In this document: positions 28,026-32,000 of the stretch, one piece after another
How positions within the stretch are numbered: the stretch's first letter is position 1
How the letters are laid out: each line of letters starts with the position of its first letter
Source: Pseudomonas aeruginosa
Lineage (GTDB): Bacteria > Pseudomonadota > Gammaproteobacteria > Pseudomonadales > Pseudomonadaceae
Assembly (NCBI RefSeq): GCF_001457615.1
Contig: NZ_LN831024.1
Location: 3,570,001 to 3,602,000, forward strand
Reading direction: 5' to 3'
DNA length: 32,000 nucleotides
The notes under the pieces: generated by a model
Told to the model about the DNA's origin: nothing
What the model saw: only the letters and a program-made list of their open reading frames with translations
Databases searched by the model: none
Translations under genes and position numbers: made by a program

Positions 28026-29552
28026 ATGCGCTCTCTCAACCTGCATCTGAAAGTCCTGATCGCCATCCTGCTGACCCTGGGTGTGGCGATCACCGCCTAT
28101 CAGATTTTCGTCCAGGGTATTCCCGTTACCGAAGCCGAAACCGATGACCTCTGGAACATCGATGCCAAGGTCGACTTCGTCGCCACGCCGAAAACCCCGG
28201 TCAAGGTGCAGATGTTCGTTCCGCCGTTGAGCCAGGACTACGTCAGCCTCAACGAAAGCTTCGTCTCCAACAATTACGGCGTCAGCATCAATCGCGCCGA
28301 CGGCAATCGCAAGGTGACCTGGTCCGCCCGCCGCGCCAACGGCAAGCAGACCCTGTACTACCGCCTGGTGCTGACCAAGCGCTACACCGGCGAGAAGACC
28401 AAGGAGAAAGGCCCGATCTTCCGCGACAGCCTGCCCCTGGAAGGCCCGGAGAAGATCGCCGCAGAAGCCCTGCTGGCCCCCATTCGCCAGCACTCGGCCG
28501 ACGTCGAGACCTTCGTCAGCGAAGCCATCAAGCGCGCCAACAACGGCAACGACGACAACGTCAAGCTGCTGATGGCCGGCGACACCAGCCTGGAAAAGAA
28601 AGCGCATATCGTCGAGACCCTGCTGTCCATCGCCCACGTGCCGATGGAGCGGGTCCACACCATCCGTCTGGTCGCCGACCTGCAACAGAGCCCGGAACTG
28701 TGGCTGCGCAGCTTCAACGGCGAGAACTGGCTGTATTTCAACGTGGTCACCGGCGAACAGGGCCTGCCCTCCGATCGCCTGATCTGGTGGCTTGGCGATG
28801 AGCCGCTGATGACCATCGACGGCGGCAAGAAGGCCCAGGTCAGCTTCAGCCTGAACAGCAGCGAGATGAACGCCATCCGCCTGGCCAAGCTGTCCGACGA
28901 GAACACCGAGGCGGCCTTCCTCGAGTACTCCCTGTACGGCCTGCCGCTGTCCACCCAGCAGACCTTCCAGATCATGATCATGATCCCGATCGGCGTGCTG
29001 GTGATCCTGATCCTGCGCAACCTGATCGGCCTGCAGACTCTCGGCACCTTCACCCCGGTGCTGATCGCCCTGGCCTTCCGCGAGACCGGCCTGCAATGGG
29101 GTATCGCCCTGTTCACCGTGATCACCGCCCTGGGCCTGTCGCTGCGCTCCTATCTCGAGCACCTGAAGCTGCAGATGCTGCCGCGCCTCTCGGTGGTGCT
29201 GACCTTCGTGGTGGTGATGATCGCGGTGATCAGCCTGTTCAGCCACAAGCTCGGCTTCGAGAGCGGCCTGTCGATCGCCCTGTTCCCGATGGTGATCCTG
29301 ACCATGACCATCGAACGCCTGTCGATCACCTGGGAAGAGCGCGGCGGCGGCCATGCGATGAAGGTGGCCATCGGCACCCTGTTCGCGGCATCGCTGGCGC
29401 ACATCCTCATGCGCATCCCGGAACTGGTGTACTTCATCTTCACCTTCCCGGCCGTGCTGCTGATCCTGGTCGCCTTCATGCTCGCCATGGGCCGCTACCG
29501 CGGCTACCGCCTGACCGAGCTGTTCCGCTTCAAGGCCCTGCTCAAGGACTGA
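28026..29552 (+). CDS. Inactive transglutaminase-like domain fused to a multi-pass (7TM-type) membrane domain
   Basis: N-terminal TM MRSLNLHLKVLIAILLTLGVAITAYQIFV, periplasmic-type region, then a run of hydrophobic helices from ~aa 315 (FQIMIMIPIGVLVILILRNLIGLQTLGTFTPVLIALAF...). Confidence 0.85.
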   Translation: MRSLNLHLKVLIAILLTLGVAITAYQIFVQGIPVTEAETDDLWNIDAKVDFVATPKTPVKVQMFVPPLSQDYVSLNESFVSNNYGVSINRADGNRKVTWSARRANGKQTLYYRLVLTKRYTGEKTKEKGPIFRDSLPLEGPEKIAAEALLAPIRQHSADVETFVSEAIKRANNGNDDNVKLLMAGDTSLEKKAHIVETLLSIAHVPMERVHTIRLVADLQQSPELWLRSFNGENWLYFNVVTGEQGLPSDRLIWWLGDEPLMTIDGGKKAQVSFSLNSSEMNAIRLAKLSDENTEAAFLEYSLYGLPLSTQQTFQIMIMIPIGVLVILILRNLIGLQTLGTFTPVLIALAFRETGLQWGIALFTVITALGLSLRSYLEHLKLQMLPRLSVVLTFVVVMIAVISLFSHKLGFESGLSIALFPMVILTMTIERLSITWEERGGGHAMKVAIGTLFAASLAHILMRIPELVYFIFTFPAVLLILVAFMLAMGRYRGYRLTELFRFKALLKD

Positions 29553-29555
29553 ACC

Positions 29556-30539
29556 ATGTCGATCTGGAAGACCTGGAAAGACCTGACCGCGAAAGGCGTG
29601 ATGGGCATCAACCGACGCAATGCCGATTACGTCCTGAAGTACAACAAGCGGCACCTGTATCCGGTGGTGGACGACAAGATCATCACCAAGGAACGCGCGC
29701 TCGAGGCCGGCATCCACGTGCCGGAGATGTACGGCATCATCGAGACCGAGAAAGGCATCGACAAGCTCAACGAGATCATCGGCGAGCACAACGATTTCGT
29801 CATCAAGCCGGCGCAGGGCGCCGGCGGCGACGGCATCATGGTGATCGCCGACCGCTTCGAGGGCCGCTACAAGACCGTGTCGGGGAAGATCGTCAGCCAC
29901 GAGGAGATCGAGCACCACATCTCGAGCATCCTCTCCGGCCTCTACTCCCTCGGCGGCCATCGCGACCGCGTACTGATCGAGTACCGGGTGACCCCCGACC
30001 AGATCTTCAAGAGCATCAGCTACGAAGGTGTGCCGGACATCCGCATCATCGTACTGATGGGCTACCCGGTGATGGCCATGCTGCGCCTGCCGACCCGGCA
30101 GTCGGGCGGCAAGGCCAACCTGCATCAGGGCGCCATCGGCGTGGGCGTCGACCTGGCCACCGGTGTCACCCTGCGCGGCACCTGGCTGAACAACAAGATC
30201 GCCAAGCACCCGGACACCACCAACGCGGTGGACGGCGTGCAACTGCCGAACTGGGACGGCTTCATGAAGCTGGCGGCCGGTTGCTACGAGTTGTCGGGCC
30301 TCGGCTACATCGGCGTGGACATGGTTCTCGACCAGGAGAAAGGCCCGCTGATCCTCGAACTCAACGCCCGCCCGGGCCTGAACATCCAGATCGCCAACGA
30401 CAGCGGCCTGGTGCACCGCTGCCACGCCGTCGAGGCGCGACTGGAAGAACTCAAGGCGAAAGGCATCGAAGAGTCCGCGGAAGAGCGCGTACGCTTCTCC
30501 CAGCAGCTGTTCGGCCACGTCCAGCAGCACCAGGGCTGA
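29556..30539 (+). CDS. RimK-like ATP-grasp ligase (alpha-L-glutamate ligase-like)
   Basis: DFVIKPAQGAGGDGIMVI ATP-grasp lid/P-loop region, GVDLATGVTLRG, LGYIGVDMVLDQEKGPLILELNARPGLNIQIAN metal-binding region. Confidence 0.9.
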   Translation: MSIWKTWKDLTAKGVMGINRRNADYVLKYNKRHLYPVVDDKIITKERALEAGIHVPEMYGIIETEKGIDKLNEIIGEHNDFVIKPAQGAGGDGIMVIADRFEGRYKTVSGKIVSHEEIEHHISSILSGLYSLGGHRDRVLIEYRVTPDQIFKSISYEGVPDIRIIVLMGYPVMAMLRLPTRQSGGKANLHQGAIGVGVDLATGVTLRGTWLNNKIAKHPDTTNAVDGVQLPNWDGFMKLAAGCYELSGLGYIGVDMVLDQEKGPLILELNARPGLNIQIANDSGLVHRCHAVEARLEELKAKGIEESAEERVRFSQQLFGHVQQHQG

Positions 30540-30558
30540 CGTGCTTCCGGTATGAAGA

Positions 30559-30580
30559 AGCCCGGCTCCGGCCGGGCTTT
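30559..30580 (+). terminator. Rho-independent terminator after the ATP-grasp gene
   Basis: AAGCCCGGC TCCG GCCGGGCTT TTT. Confidence 0.85.
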
Positions 30581-30595
30581 TTCATGTCTCGGATT

Positions 30596-31786
30596 TCAAC
30601 GCACCACGGCCAGCTCGAAGCCGCCCTGCCGGGCGTGCTCATGCACCTGCATACCCGCCTCGTTCACCGCCAGGTCCTGCAGCGGACGCTTGAACGGCTT
30701 GTTGTCGAGGGTTTGCAGCGAGCGGTCCTCGTCGGTGGTCAGCAGCAGCACGTAGCGCTCGCCGCGATTGGCTCGCACCGGCACCGTACCCTCGATGAAA
30801 GCGTAGCGATACCAGGTTTCCGGGTTCAGCTTGTACACCGCGTCGCTGACCAGCCGGGTCGGCCGCTTGTGCTCGTCGAGGAACAGCAGCGACGGGTAGA
30901 CCACCTGGCGGTTGGCGAAACTGCGGATGCGCAGGCCGTAGACACCCTGGGAGCGCGGCAGCCGGATCGCCGCGTAGAAGCTCCTGCCCATGGGAAAGTC
31001 GAAGCTCGGCGAGAAGCGGTTCAACTCCTCGTAGCGCGGTTCGTCGGCATCCAGTTCGGTGAAGTCGCTCTCGGCGATCTGCTCGCAGCAGCGCCGTTGC
31101 AGGTCCTGGTAGAGATCGTCGATGGTCATCTCGGTGCCCTTGAGCAAAGCCTTCAGCGCATCGCTCTGCTGGCCGGCGCCATCCAGCCCGGGCAACGCCG
31201 TCGGACGTTGCTTGAACTCGATCTGCCGGCCCTCGGTGAAGGCGATCTGCGACGAAGGCGCGGCCTCCCGCTTGAAGCGCGCCGCGCGCTCCTCGGGCGG
31301 GATCTGCGAGTTGTGCATGCGGCCCTTCTCGTCCACCCAGGTGTAGTAGGGACTGCCGTTCTCGCTGCGAACGAAACCCTTGCCCTCGAAGGCCTCGGCG
31401 TCGATGTATTCGGCGGAGTGCTCGCCGTTGGGCAGGACGTAGTCGGCGCGCTGGCCGGCGACCTGGGCGCCGGCATAGAAGCTGTTCTGCACGTTGCCGT
31501 TGGCATCGATCCAGGTGTAGTAGCGACGCTTGCTCTCCCCTCCGCTGCTGTTCCCCGGCCACTGCGTGGCGTTGTCCGCCTTGTTCAGCACCCGCGCCTG
31601 GTCGCTCTGGCCGATGCGCTGCCGCGCCTGGCGCTGCTGGCGGTCGAACTGGCCGTCGACGAAGGTGTTGTGCACCCCGCCATTGTCGTCCACCCAGGTC
31701 AGGTAGCGCCCGCCGGAGGCCCAGCCCGGCGAAGATGCCGGCAGCGCCAGGGAGAAGACGCAAAGTACGATGGATGCGCGCATCAT
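30596..31786 (-). CDS. Exported protein with three Y-TW[VI]D-G--[HQ]N repeats and a C-terminal beta-rich domain
   Basis: Signal peptide MMRASIVLCVFSLALPASSPGWASG. Repeats: RYLTWVDDNGGVHNTFVDGQF, RYYTWIDANGNVQNSFYAGAQV, PYYTWVDEKGRMHNSQIPPEE. Confidence 0.75.
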   Translation of the reverse strand: MMRASIVLCVFSLALPASSPGWASGGRYLTWVDDNGGVHNTFVDGQFDRQQRQARQRIGQSDQARVLNKADNATQWPGNSSGGESKRRYYTWIDANGNVQNSFYAGAQVAGQRADYVLPNGEHSAEYIDAEAFEGKGFVRSENGSPYYTWVDEKGRMHNSQIPPEERAARFKREAAPSSQIAFTEGRQIEFKQRPTALPGLDGAGQQSDALKALLKGTEMTIDDLYQDLQRRCCEQIAESDFTELDADEPRYEELNRFSPSFDFPMGRSFYAAIRLPRSQGVYGLRIRSFANRQVVYPSLLFLDEHKRPTRLVSDAVYKLNPETWYRYAFIEGTVPVRANRGERYVLLLTTDEDRSLQTLDNKPFKRPLQDLAVNEAGMQVHEHARQGGFELAVVR

Positions 31787-31796
31787 GCTCCAGCCC

Positions 31797-32000
31797 TCAG
31801 AAGGTCGTACGGTAGGTCATGGCGAAAATATAGGCCTTCACCGTGGTGTCCACGTCCAGTCCCGCGTAGGGGTTGTACACCAGGTTGTCGAGCCCGGTGC
31901 AGTTCAGGTTGCAGCTGTTATCGGCCTTGACGCTCTGCTTGGTGACGAAGTAGTTGAAACCGACATCGATCACCGTGTCCTTGTCCCACTGGTAGCCCAG
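31797..32000 (-). CDS. C-terminal fragment of an outer-membrane beta-barrel protein (truncated by window end)
   Basis: My own reverse translation ends ...LGYQWDKDTVIDVGFNYFVTKQSVKADNSCNLNCTGLDNLVYNPYAGLDVDTTVKAYIFAMTYRTTF*, with alternating strands and terminal Phe typical of outer membrane proteins. Not in the ORF track because there is no start in the window. Confidence 0.65.
   Translation of the reverse strand: MGYQWDKDTVIDVGFNYFVTKQSVKADNSCNLNCTGLDNLVYNPYAGLDVDTTVKAYIFAMTYRTTF

Noticed and set aside
27810-30530. 906-aa minus-strand ORF antisense to the retropepsin/7TM/ATP-grasp genes
   Set aside because: Compositional artefact; the three sense genes have signal peptide, TM and ATP-grasp features plus tight spacing.
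29096-31930. 944-aa plus-strand ORF spanning the end of the 7TM gene and beyond
   Set aside because: Out-of-frame Arg/Pro/Gly-rich read of known genes, crossing a strong terminator at 30559-30580.
1-32000. CRISPR arrays, tRNA/rRNA genes, prophage, integron, toxin-antitoxin or defence cassettes
   Set aside because: I looked for spaced direct repeats, tRNA-like cloverleaf/CCA ends, integrase or transposase proteins, and defence-like ORFs in the track and saw none. The novelty in this window is regulatory and in uncharacterised core genes rather than in an accessory island.

Overview
The window reads as a Pseudomonas aeruginosa-type chromosomal segment of core genes, identified from remembered protein families rather than a database search. 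I see no phage, IS, integron or CRISPR signature. Left to right: miaE(-), a two-domain universal stress protein(+), a DUF1289 protein(-), acnB(+, broken by an apparent 1-nt frameshift), the assimilatory nitrate cluster (nasS, nasT, a PL7 alginate lyase, nasA, a PP2C-like phosphatase/Ser-Thr kinase fusion, nirB, nirD, nasC, cobA), oprF(-), sigX(-), cmpX(-), crfX(-), cmaX(-), an rraA-like gene(-), an alpha/beta hydrolase(-), ppsA(-), its regulator ppsR(+), a three-gene set (retropepsin-like protein, transglutaminase-like/7TM protein, RimK-like ATP-grasp ligase)(+), a repeat-containing exported protein(-) and the end of an outer-membrane beta-barrel gene(-). The most interesting signals are regulatory. 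(1) The nirB leader has a sigma-54 promoter, an NtrC-like box, two hexaloop hairpins with A1/G4 loops (ANTAR/NasT target architecture) and a strong terminator. (2) A second, apparently parallel sigma-54 + twin-hexaloop leader precedes nasA-kinase, without an obvious U-tract terminator. (3) A third sigma-54-like site precedes nasST. (4) A perfect Anr/FNR box sits at class II position before the universal stress gene. (5) A 123-bp element with perfect 17-bp terminal inverted repeats lies upstream of acnB. (6) The kinase/phosphatase fusion and the retropepsin/7TM/ATP-grasp triad are the best candidates for poorly described systems.
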